From NCBI RefSeq assembly GCF_001194135.2, contig NC_068993.1, forward strand, positions 25,213,067 to 25,263,854: 50,788 bases of DNA, given 5' to 3'. How positions within the stretch are numbered: position 1 is the stretch's first letter; the number at the start of each line of letters is the position of its first letter. The position numbers and the translations under genes were made by a program. This document shows positions 13,501 through 26,700 of the stretch, in pieces. The notes under the pieces are model-generated. The model saw only the letters and a program-made list of their open reading frames with translations, did not search any database and was not told the origin of the DNA. This DNA is from Octopus bimaculoides (Eukaryota).

Positions 13501-16065
13501 TGACGGTGATCACTAGACGGCACATACACTCAGCTACTATGCAAGGCCTTTCACATCTCTTTTACCAACCATGTATCAAACAAGTTACTACATGACTCTT
13601 TATTCTCTGTCAGCCAGACAACCAAACAATGACAGCTACAATTTGCTAGCTGCTGTTTACATTAAACAGATCACTTTTTTCTATAACTCCAAGGGGATGT
13701 TCAAGCCTGGTGATCAGGCGTGTATGGCATGTGTGAACTTATGCAGGACAAAGCACTGTGCACTGTCTCAGAGCTGGCATGTGCAATGTCATCTTGTATA
13801 GCCTGGAGGGAAATTTGCTCATGAGTCAGAGTCAACATCCACAAGTGATGTGGTTTAGATCTAAAGAAATCAGCCTTTATTGAGCAGGTGGGTGATCAAA
13901 GGTAATCTAACCATGATTACCCTCTCTTATTTTAAAGGTGTACAAGATTACATTGTATTGGGTTGTCCAGAAAGTTCGTGCCGATTTTTAAAGGAAAGAA
14001 AAAGGTCAATAAATACTTGCCATTACATTTTTAATCAACCAAATACGAACCATTTTGTTGCACTATGCCTCTCCATCTTTCCTTTAACTTGAAAATACCC
14101 TCTTCCCAGAATTGAGGTGGTTTCATGGCAAAGAATTCATCAAGGTATCTTTTTATATCATCCAAGGAATTGAAACTTTTACCATTAAGACTATTCTGCA
14201 GAGACTTGAATAAGTGGAAATCCGAAGGAGCAATATCTGGTGAATATGGAGGGTGGGGTAATACATCCCAGCCGAGCTGCAGCAATTTTTGTCTGGTTCC
14301 CAAAGAAACGTGCAGTCTTGCATTATCATGTTGGAAAATAACACCTTTCCTGTTGGCCAATTCTGGATGTTTCTCTTGAATTACTACTTTTAACTCGTCT
14401 AGTTGTGTGCAGTATTTCTCAGAATTAATTGTCTGGTTACTTGGGAGAGGCTCGTAGTACAGAATTCCTTTCCAATCCCACCAGACACAAAGCAAGACTT
14501 TTTTAGGGTGAAGACCCGCTTTTGGGGTGGCTAAGGGTGGCTCATGTAGCTTACTCCAGGATCGCTTTCTCTGAACATTTCGGTAGATAATCCATTTCTC
14601 ATCACCTATCACAATTTGCTTTAAACAAGGCGTGTTTTCATTCCATTTATAAAGCGAATCACAGATGTAAATGTGATCCAAAAGGTTCTTCTCACTCAAC
14701 TCATGTGGTATCCAAACATCGTAGCGATTTGTGTACCCAAGCTTTACCAGGTGCTCATGAACGATGGATTTTGATAGGTTGAGGCTTTTTGCCAATTCTC
14801 GGGTTGTGCAATGTGGGTTATTCTCAATTAATGACTTGATTTGGTCATCATCTGTAGTGGTTGTTCTGTCTAATCGCTCTTTATTAATTAGGCTACAATC
14901 TCCAGTTCGGAAGCTTGCAAACCACTTCCGTACAGTTCTTTCGAATAAAGAAACATCACCGTAAACTGCACATATTTCTTTGGTTACTTGTGAGGCATTT
15001 TTCCCTTTACGGAAAAAGAAAAGCATCAAGTGCTGAAAATGAACTTTCTTATCTTCCATTTTAAAGAGTTACAGAATTAACACAGGTTATAGGAACATAG
15101 ACCTTCTTCCACGAAAAGATAGCTTAAACTGTGCTCTAAATGGAGGTGTAGTCAAATCCTGTTTTATGGACTCAACCATGTTCTAAAATAAGTCGAAAGG
15201 TAAGCTACTATAAATCGGCACGAACTTTCTGGATAACCCAATATAATGTGTTCTTTCCTTATCTAAGACAAAAGGGTATGATTTGAGGGGTTTTGACTAC
15301 TATTTCTAACAAATCAAGTGACTATATAGAAGCTCTGCTAGTGGCATGGAGTTCAGACAGAGTTCTAAAGCAGTGAAGAACACGTGGCAATAAGTGTACA
15401 TCTAACAATTATTCTCCCTATTACCATTATGTTCACACTCCTCCTTACACTTATGTGATAGTTCTGTAATTTGTTAAGTAGGCCTGCACGTCCGCCATAG
15501 CATTAGGATCTGCTAATGACACTACTATTGGAGATGATACCATCCTAATCTATACAGTTGTTCTACTCCAAATAGGGACTGGGTACAGAAAAAAGTTATC
15601 AAGTTCTTAAGAACTTGTTCTGTATATGCAGCTGATCTCTATAATAGAGGTTATTTCTATACAGGTTACTGATTAACCTTTGATAATCATAATTTTGTTA
15701 TTTATATTCAACCAAACTTCTTATTCTTTTGCTTCAGGAAACAGCAGTACAGGTTGCTTATTCTACAAAACTCTTCTCAACCAATCAGCAGGTTCTCTAT
15801 TTGAGTTGTTCTGACATGGTATGTGACTCGTCTTTATGTTATTATCTATTATTTGTTTCACTCATTACTCTGTGGCCATGCTGGGGCACCGCCTTCAAAA
15901 ACTTTTGGTCGAATGAATCAACCCTAGCACTTATTTTTTGATAACCCTGGTAGTTATTCTGTCAGTCCCTTTTGGCTGGAAAACTACATTACAGGAACAT
16001 GAACACACGTTGTCGAGTGGTGGTGTAGAACAGACACTGACACAAAGACGCACACACGCACACAC

Positions 16066-16103
<38 letters not shown>

Positions 16104-16165
16104 TTATCATTGTTTAACATCCTCCTTCCATGCTGGCATGGATTAGACAGTTTGACAGGAGTTGA

Positions 16166-16205
<40 letters not shown>

Positions 16206-19200
16206 TACACACATCTCTGTGTGTGTGTGTGTCTTTGTGTCTGTTTGTCCTCCACCACCACCACTTAAACTAACCCTGTAGACCAGCCATAACTATCGTT
16301 ATCTAATTACTCTACTCATTCTATAACTGAGAATGTGCCTGTTTTTCAGATTTATGATTTACTGATGATATATATGACAGGCTTCTTTCAGTTTTCTTCT
16401 ATCAAATCCACCAACAAAGCTTTGGCCCGAGGCTATAGTTGAGTGCATGTATATATGCATGTATGTATGTGTATGTATTTACTTATGTATAAATGTATAT
16501 GTATATATAAATGTGTGTGTGTATATATGTATATATATGTAAACAGGCATGGCTGCACGATAAGAAGCTTGCTTCCCAACCACATGGTTCCGGATTCAGT
16601 TCATCTGCTTGGCACCTTGGGCAAGTGTTTTCTACTATAGCCTCGGGCCGACCAAAGTCTTTCAGTTTTCTTCTATCAAATCCACCAACAAAGCTTTGGC
16701 CCGAGGCTATAGTTGAAGACACTTGCCCAAGGTGCCACACAGTGGGACTGAACTTGGAACTGTGGAATTGGAAAACAAGCATCTTACCACACTGCCACAC
16801 CTGTGCCTGTTATTAAATATGTTATTTATGTTGTTGCTTTTTCATTATTCTATGAAGATAGTTTACTAGTATGTATAATGTTTGGCTTTATATCGTCTGT
16901 TAAAGTAGTCTCTTTATAGACACATGAAGTAACATGGAAGACACTACTGTAGGTGTTAGTAATCTCATTTTGCTATAAACACCCAAAGTACTGAGAGAGG
17001 TGACATTGTTTACTTAAGATATTCTGACAGATGGACAAATATATTTTCACAAATGTTAATGTTTAAATAAAAAGTAAATGACAGAATTAATTATCAAATT
17101 AAAAATCTGATTAACATTTTTAAGAATATATGTATAAAAGTACACACACACACACATATATATGTATGTATGTATACACACGCACATGTATGTGTGTATG
17201 AGTGTATGTATGCATGTATATATGCATGTATGTATGTGTATGTATTTACTTATGTATAAATGTATATGTATATATAAATGTGTGTGTGTATATATGTATA
17301 TATATGTAAACAGGCATGGCTGCACGATAAGAAGCTTGCTTCCCAACCACATGGTTCCGGATTCAGTTCATCTGCTTGGCACCTTGGGCAAGTGTTTTCT
17401 ACTATAGCCTCGGGCCGACCAAAGTCTTGTGAGTGGATTTAGTAGACGGAAACTGAAAGAAGCCCGTTATATATATGTGTGTGTGTGTCTGTGTTTGTCA
17501 CCCCACCATTGCTTGACAAATGATGTTGTTGTGTTTACATTCCCATAACTTAACAGTTTGGCAAAAGACACCAATAGAATAAGTACTACACTTACACAGA
17601 ATAAGTCCTGGGGTTAATTTGTTCGATTAAAGGGAGTGCTCCAGCATGGCTGCAGTCAAGTGACTGAAACAAGTAAAAGAAGAAAAGAATTATGCCAATG
17701 TATATATTTTAACATGGATTTCTTTTAACCCAAAGAGCTAGTTTAATATCTGCATTAATTTAAAGATTGTTTATATTAATGCAGGCATGTAAGTAATTTA
17801 CTTATTATATTAGGTTGTCAAGAAAGTTCCTACAGTTTTTAACCTTTAAATTCAGATGTACATATCTTGGCTCAAACAAAACTTTATTAATCGAAAGAAA
17901 CAGCATCAGAATCAACACATTTTTGCCAACGTGAAACAAATTTATTTATGCCAGTCGCATAAAAGTCTTGTGTTCTGATGGCAATGAAGTCGTTGGAGGC
18001 GTGTTTGGCATTGTCTTGGTTTTTGAAGCATTTCTCACGTAAGAAGTTGTTGAGATGCTTGAAAAAGTGGTAGTCGGTAGGCGAGAGGTCTGGTGAGTAT
18101 GGCGGATGAGGCAGAGTTTCGTATCCCAATTCATTCTACGTCTGTAGGGTCAGTTGTACAACGTACTGCCAAGCGTTGTCGTGGAGAAGAATTGGTCCTT
18201 TTCTGTTGACCAATGCTGGCTGTTGTTGTCAGAGTTTCTTAAGCATTTCATCCATTTGCTGACAGTACTTCTCTGCTGTAATGGTTTCTCCTGGAACCAA
18301 AAACCTGTGATGGATGAGACTGGCCGCAGACCACCAAACAGTCACCGTGACCTTCTATTGGTGCAACTTTGGCTTCGGAAACTGCCGTGGAGCTTTGTCA
18401 GCATCCACCTACTGAGGTAAGCATTGCCGGTTGTCGTAAAGAATCTACTTTTCATCACACGTCACAATCTGGTCGAGAAATGGGTCATTCTTGTTGTGTA
18501 AAAGAAGGGAAGATGACACTTCAAAATGGCGTTTTTCTTTGGTTGTTGTTGAATTCGTGCAGCACCCATTTCTCAAGTATTTTTGTTTTTCCAATCTATT
18601 TCAAGTGGTTGGAAATTGTCGTATACGTTAGGTCTAATTCAGAAGCAAGCTCTCGAAAAGTTGTGCATAGATTGGCTTCCACTAAGGCTCTTAGTTGATT
18701 GTTGTCAACATCTGATGGCCAACCACTACGCTTATTATCTTCAAGACTCTCATCCTACGAAATTTCTTGAACCACCATTATGCTGTACGTTCATTAGTGG
18801 TTCCTGGGCCAAACACATTGTTGATACTGCAACCTGTTTCAGCAGCTTTACGGCCTGACTTGAACTGGAATAAGAAAATTCTGTGAATTTGCTTTTTGTC
18901 CATGTTCCAGGAAAATGGCCTAATTATTCAAAAAGAAAAAGAGTAACATGATTAGATAGAGTGAAAATGGGCTTTAAAATGATATATAAAGTCAAAGTAA
19001 TTTAATAAAAATTAATTTGAAAATACATCATTTAAGACCAAAATTAAAAATTGCGCAAAAACTTTCTTGACAACCTAATAAAATATAATAAAAGAAATTG
19101 TCTTAGCATGTGTTATTAAGTTGCAAAATAATTATTGTTATATAAGAATTTTCAATGGTTAAATACATTTTATCATAATATATTTCTCTCATTTATAACT

Positions 19201-19489
19201 TCATACACTCCTTATGGTTTTCTCTTGCATCATACTATATACTCTATGTTTTGTTGAATGATACATTAAGGAGCTTTTTCTATAAGTACCACTTGATTAG
19301 TTGAATACATATATTGTGACTTAAATTTGTATATATGTGTATATATATATGTGTGTGTGTGAATATATATATATATGCGTGTATAAATATATATATATGT
19401 GTATATGTATACATGTGTTTGTATGTATATCTGTATGTATGTATATATATGTGTGTGTGTGTATGTATTTTTATGTGTGTGTGTGTGTG

Positions 19490-19540
<51 letters not shown>

Positions 19541-19622
19541 NNNNNNNNNNNNNNNNNNNNNNNNNNNNNNNNNNNNNNNNNNNNNNNNNNNNNNNNNNNN
19601 NNNNNNNNNNNNNNNNNNNNNN

Positions 19623-19692
<70 letters not shown>

Positions 19693-20956
19693 TATATTTA
19701 CAGGGGTTGGACAAAATGATGGAAACACCTTAAGATTTCAAACAAATTTATTTTAATATGGGGTAGGACCACCTTTGGCAGTAATTACAGTTTGAATTCT
19801 TTGATTCATACAAAGTTTGAATTGTTTCCAAAGGAATTTTTGTCCATTCTGCAGCTAAAACAGTTTCCAGTTCTTCTAGTGATGATGGTGGAGGATATCA
19901 ACTCTTTACTTGTTTTTCTAAAATGCACCATAAATGTTCAATAATATTGTGATCTGGGGACTGTGGTGGCCAAATAAGATGTTCAACTTCACTAGAATGT
20001 TCCTTGTGCCATTCAGTAACAACTTTAGCTGCGTGAATTGGTGCATTATCATCCTGAAAGATTGCATTTCCCTCCAGAAACAGTTCTGCAACCATTGGAT
20101 GAATTTGATCAGAAAAAATACTTAAATAGTTTTGACTATTAATTCTGCCATGAAGGGTAACCATTGGGCAGGCGGATTTCCAATATATAGCCCCCCAGAT
20201 CATTACATCCTCCTCCGTGTTTAACATTTGGAAGAAGGCAGTCTGGGTCAAATGCTTTTTTTGGCTGTCTCCACATGTATACTCATCCGGTGGTCGGAAA
20301 TAAGGTAAAGGATGACTCATCTGAGATAATAACATTCTTCCACTGCTCTAGGGACCAATTCTGTAGGTTTTTACTCCACTCTAAAAGCTTTGCAAAGTTT
20401 GTTTTTGAAAGTAGTGGTTTTCTGATTGCAGCCCTCCTAGGAAATCCAGCTTTGTGCAGCTCCCGGCGAAATTTTTGGAGAAACTGGGTTCTCGAGGTAG
20501 TCATTAAGCTCTGCAGTAATTTTAGGAGCTGTACTTTTGTGATCCTTTCTAACAGTTCACATTAGAGTCCAATGGTCCCTATCTGAAAGTTTTGGTTTTC
20601 TTCCAGAGTTTTGTTTCAATGAGGAGATTTTTCCCTCATTCTCAAAGGCTGTCATTACTTTCAAGACAGTACTTCTTGATACCCCAAACATTTCAGCTGT
20701 TTTCATTATGCTAGCACCTACCATGTGAGCAGCAACAATTTGACCTCTTTAAAAGTTTGATAGATCTGTCATTTTAATGAATTATAATTACCTTTTTCTG
20801 ATGTTATCTGAAAAGAAGCAGCAATTTTAGCAAAACATTAAGCAACACTAATGATAAATCAAAAAACATAGAAATAAACAAGCTTTTGACTGTTTTATAG
20901 ATATATCAAAATTATGATGCTATGATGCTAGGTGTTTCCATTATTTTGTCCAACCC

Positions 20957-20998
<42 letters not shown>

Positions 20999-22357
20999 GT
21001 GTGTATGCATGTACATAAATATGTCTGTAATCCGAACACATTATTTTCTGCCTACATATTTTTTTTCATTCTCTCTCTTTTTCCTCTCAATCCCTTCTGT
21101 CAAAGAGTGTACCCTCGAAACCAAAGACTTTTCCACTCTTCCTATGCATCAAACAGCTGCTTGTTGTTCTCTCAACTACTTTCATCTTTTGTTTTCTGTA
21201 AAATTTGAACTTTATATACATATGTGTGTGTATATATGTGTGTGTGCATGCACGCATATAAATATGTGTATATAAGTGGAAGGATATTGTGAAGGGAGTG
21301 TGATTAAAGAGTGCGAGTAAGTGGCAAAAGAGCTGGGTATGTATGGAGTTGGTGGGGGTGCACAGGATAGCAATGATAAAAAGAACATGATTGGGGAGTA
21401 AGAGCTAGGCATAGTGTATGAAGGAGTTACGTATGGGTGGAACACACAGATCATAGGCTAACAGACAGATAGTAGAGTGAGACATGGCATGTGGGTAGAA
21501 CACACAGGTCGGGGACAAGTGACACAGGTCCAAGAGGACAGGATTGGGGAGTGGGAGGTAATCAAAGTACAGGAAGAGATGTAGAGACGTAGATTGATTT
21601 GTTGTGGTAGTGTGTGTGAGAAGTTTTCTTGTTAAGCGTGGGTGGGTCACACAGCACTTCTAGAACTCAGTTTCGCTGACATGGGTGGGTCTTTTCAAGA
21701 ATTTTATATCGCCAGACATCTTGGTCCATTGTCATTTCCTCTGTGAGGCCAACTTCCTGAGATTGGTCCTTAATGCTTCATCCCACATCTTCCTGAGTCT
21801 CCCTCTTCCATGGATACCATCCACTGTCAGTGACCAGCACTTCTTTATGCAGCTGTCCTCATTCATACACATCACATATCCAAACCAACTCTCTTGCATG
21901 CTACATTAGGTTCCCCTTACGCCCAACTTTTCTTTCAATACATTTGCACTTTGCCGTACATGTGCACTGATGTTGCTCATCCAATGAGGCACACTACCTT
22001 TGTTTCCCTCCAGTCTATACATGTCTTCTGCATTCAGAGCCCACGGAGTATAAAAGAACCCATTCAGAGCCCATGGAGTATAGCTGGTCATACAGAAGCA
22101 TCATATAGTCTACCTTTCACTCTGAGAGAGAGTCCTTTTGTTGCCAACTGTGGTAATAGCTCTCTGAACTTCCTCCACCCAATTCTTATTCTAGAAACAA
22201 TACTTTCAGAGCATCCTCCACCATTGCTAATTTGGTCACCTAGGTAACAGAAACTATCTACAACCTCAAGAGAGCCTCCTGGGAATTTGAGAGAATCCCA
22301 TGTGCTCTTAGTGCTTTTTGTTTCTGCACATCTGCCACATACAAAGACTACTTTTTC

Positions 22358-22396
<39 letters not shown>

Positions 22397-23347
22397 TAGA
22401 GAGTAATGTAAAAACATTACAGAGGATATATTATAAATAATTAAGATTATTTATGAATATATCAATGGCCAAACGTGTTATCATAAAATAAAAAGAAGAA
22501 AAACGTTTATAATTATGAACAAGTCGCAATTAGAACTAAGAAGGTTAAAAAACCCTTACATGTTAAAAATAGCAACCAGAATTGCTATAAAGCCATAATA
22601 TCACTCATATCATTTCTCCTCACAATAAAAACTTGTCTTCAGGCAAATAGAATGCATGACTCAAAAATGACTGATTAATCCCCTATTGCAGTTTCAGCAT
22701 TAGGGACCTCTTAAGGGACCCATTCGCCTCATCAGGGGAAATATTCCTATAGATGGAAATCAAAACAACATTCTTCACCAGGGATGGTCTTTGTATTTAA
22801 GAGCAACCATGCATCCTGCTTCCTGGTGAAAATGTAATTGATCTCATTGGTAGGTTATTAGGTGGCTGGTCAACTTCTTGAAGTTGGTGTTGCAGATCTA
22901 CAGGTTATTTGCATCACAGAACTCCAGTAGTTTAGTTCCTTCTTTGTTTCGGGAATCAATTCCATGGCCCCCATGTACACCATGGAAAATACTAGGCTGC
23001 CATCTGACATGCCCATTGAAATCCCGAGCCATGAAGATAAGATCCTTGTCATTTTTCTTAGTATAGGCCTTCAGAATATAAAAATGGTCCTTCTGTTCAA
23101 TTGGTAGACCTGCTTGTAAGGTATAGGTAGAGGTAATTGACATTTTGCTATTTTGTAAGACTAGTCTGAGCTTAAGCACTCTATCACTCACTCTGACTAC
23201 CTCTATGACCATATCCACTCATTTCTCAGCAAGGAATATGCTCACACCACCTACCCCATCACTGTTACCTTCCCAGAAGATTTTATACCTATGTGTATAT
23301 TTGTATGTGTGTGTGTGTATGCATATCTGTGTGTGTGTGTGTGTGTG

Positions 23348-23386
<39 letters not shown>

Positions 23387-23709
23387 GTATACATATATTT
23401 ATATATGGGAGGTATTCGTATTCAGAAGACCCAGTGTCTTCTAGATATGTGTATGTATATATATATATATATTTGTGTGTGTATGTATATATATGTGTGT
23501 GTGTGTGTATGTATATATATGTGTGTGTGTGTATGTATATATATATGCGTGTGTGTATGTATATATATATATATATCTGTGTGTATATATATATGTGTGT
23601 ATGTGTATACATATATATATATATATTTATATATGGGAAGTATTGGTATCCAGAAGACCCAGTGTCTTCTGGATATGTGTATGTATATGTGTGTATGTAT
23701 ATATGTGTA

Positions 23710-23780
<71 letters not shown>

Positions 23781-26700
23781 ATTTATTTATATATATGTAT
23801 ATGTATCTATAAATAAGGGAAGATGAAGTGAGAGAAACAGTAAAGAGACTAAAAAACAATAAAGTGCCAAGGCTGGACAACATTTCCGTAGAATTAATAA
23901 AAGTGGGTGGCCAGATCATGGTCAAGAGGTCGACAGTTATGTAATGCATGGTGGGTGGAAAAAAGGGTACCTGAAAAGTGGACCAAAGGAGTCATTATTA
24001 AACTACCAAAGAAAGGAGATTTGAGCAACTACCAAGACTGGAGGTGAATAAACATAACTGCCAATGCCAGGTAAAATGCTGTGCTTAGTGTTGCTGTTCT
24101 GGTTGAAGTTTGCACTAGATGTAAAGTTGGGAGAACAACAAGCTGGATTTCAACCCAGTAAACCATGCTGCGAGCAAATATTCACACTGTGCAACATTGT
24201 AGAACAATGCATGGACCACCAAAGACCACTAATAATAAACTTCATTGATTTCAAAAAGGTGTTTGACAGTGTGCATAGAGAAATCCACTGGGAGACTGCA
24301 AATGTATATGGAATACCTGACAATTACATCAGTCTACTTAACGGTTTCCACAACAATTCAAGTTGCTGCATTAAAACAAATTATAGATACACTGGTTTTC
24401 TTAAGATCATCACTGGAGTAAGACAAGGCTGTGTCCTGTCACCAATGTTTTTTTCTGATGGTCATCGATTTCCTTATACAAAGATCAGTTGTGTAGGAAT
24501 ATCATGGACCAGCTGTAGGAATATCATAGACAGCGAGGGACCAGCTAACAGACTTGGATTTCGCTAATGACATTGCCCTGTTGGCTGAGAATCACCCAAC
24601 ATTACAAGAAATGACGACAATAGTGGAAAAGGGCACAGCAAAGATTGAGTTGAGAATCAGTGGTCAACAAATGAAGGTAATGTAAGTTGGGAAACAAGTA
24701 GAAAGTGTACCAGTGAAAGTTGGACAAGAACCAGTTGAAGAAATTACAAGCGTTACATACTTGGAAAGCATAGTGACAAGCAATGGTGATGCAGAGAAAG
24801 ATGTAAGCTGCAGAATTGGCAAGGCAGCAACAGTATTTAGAAGAATGACAACACTTTGGTGTAGCAATAACATAAGTATAGAGCTGAGAATTCATCTGTA
24901 CAAAGCAGCAATACTGCCAATAGTGATCTATGCAGCTGAGACCTGGAAGATGACAGTAAAAATCGCCCGTCAACTTGTATTTCATCAGTGGTGCCTCAGA
25001 AAGATCCTAAGAATCACATTTTGAGACATCTCCAAGCTGCAAGAGTAAGGTCCCCTTCATGCAATTGTAACCAAACAATGAATGAGAATGGCTGGGCTGC
25101 TAGAGGAGAGGCTTATCAAAACAGCCATTGGCTGGATGCCACTGGAAGGTAAGAGAAAAAGAGGTTGGCCAAGGAAGACATGACCTTCATAGAAGACCTG
25201 TGCAGACTGAACATCACCTGGGAAGAAGCATACTGGTTGGCCAGAGACAAAGATAACTGGCAATCACTCACTGCCTGATGTGCTGCTCAAAGAAGAAGAA
25301 TATATATGTATATATGCATATATATGTGTGTGTGTGTGTGTGTATAGTATATATAAATATGGGTGAATTGTAGTCTTGTTTGGTGTCATGTAAATGACAC
25401 CCATGCCGGTGGCACATAAAAACACCCATCTCAGTAGCATGTAAAAGTACCCATTACACTTCTGGAGTGGTTGGCGTTAGGAAGGGCATCCAGGTGTAGA
25501 AACCATGCCAAATCAGACTGGAACCTGATGCTGCTCTCCAGCTCATCAGCTCCAGTCAAACCATCCAACCCATGCCAGCATGGAGAGTGGATGTCATATG
25601 ATGAAGAAGATGATGATGATGATGATGATGATGTGTGTGTGTGTGTATTGATAAGTGCCAATACACAGAAAACTCTCAGTTACTGAGTCACTCTAACTTT
25701 TCCCAATTATATATATGTTTATCTATGCACTTTTATTTGAAAAGTCGGCACAGCAGTTACTTTAACTGACAGTCATAGTTTAACCAATGATCATGTTGGC
25801 CAAGACAATCATTGTGCTAAGTTTCATATAAAACAGTTTAAAATCCTTGACTTGTATCATGTATTGAGTGCTAGGGATATAACTTTATGTACTTTAGATA
25901 TTTAAAGACTTGTGGAGAAATATATGTTCACATATGTTGATATTTAAATTAAAAGGAAGTGTCAGAATTATCTATTTAAACCTGGTCTATAATTTTCGTA
26001 AGAGAAATATTCCTAGTTATTATGTTGTATTTTCTGCACATTGTTATATAGGGAATAATGTAAAATTCAGCTGAATAATTTAAAATTCAACATATCAATG
26101 CAAATGCTTGCTAAATAGAATTTTTGGATTATGTATTTGTTATCAGTGATGTTTGGCTAATGTAATGACAAATTAAAGCCTGTAAAAATATAAGCATATA
26201 AAATATTTTTTATTCTGAAAGTTTGTCCATTTGTAAACCAGAACTCTGAGTCTTTGAATAAATTAAGACAGATTTCGAATTTCATCTTCTGCAGTTTTTG
26301 ATTGTCAGGTTTGATGCAGTGTTGATAGTTTGTTAAAAGTGTCTTTTAGTCATTTTGGTTGCATTTTGCTTTCAGTTTTCTACAATTTTACTCAGATTTT
26401 GGATTACACATTAAAAGTACTAAACTGTGGTTAGTTATATTAAAAGCCTCTTGGTATTCATAGGGTTTTGTGAAGAAATATAAGATAAAACATGTCTTTC
26501 TGTTTTGTCTTTTATATTTCTTATGTCACTGCTGCCAATGGATAATGTTTATCATTCAAAATATCTTTTTGTTCCTATAGTCTTTTCTTTTGAGTGTTCA
26601 GATTTGATACAATAGCACATATTCTCTTGGTAAGATAGAATGGAATATTGATTTTTGTGTCTTTGAAATGACATGAAATAAAAAGTAAATATTGCCTCAA

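Noticed and set aside
19280-19756. Long Y/I/C/V/H/T-rich ORFs on both strands (also 23289-23949, 17056-17407, 32413-32645)
   Set aside because: They are translations of (TA)n/(TG)n microsatellites and N gaps, not genes.
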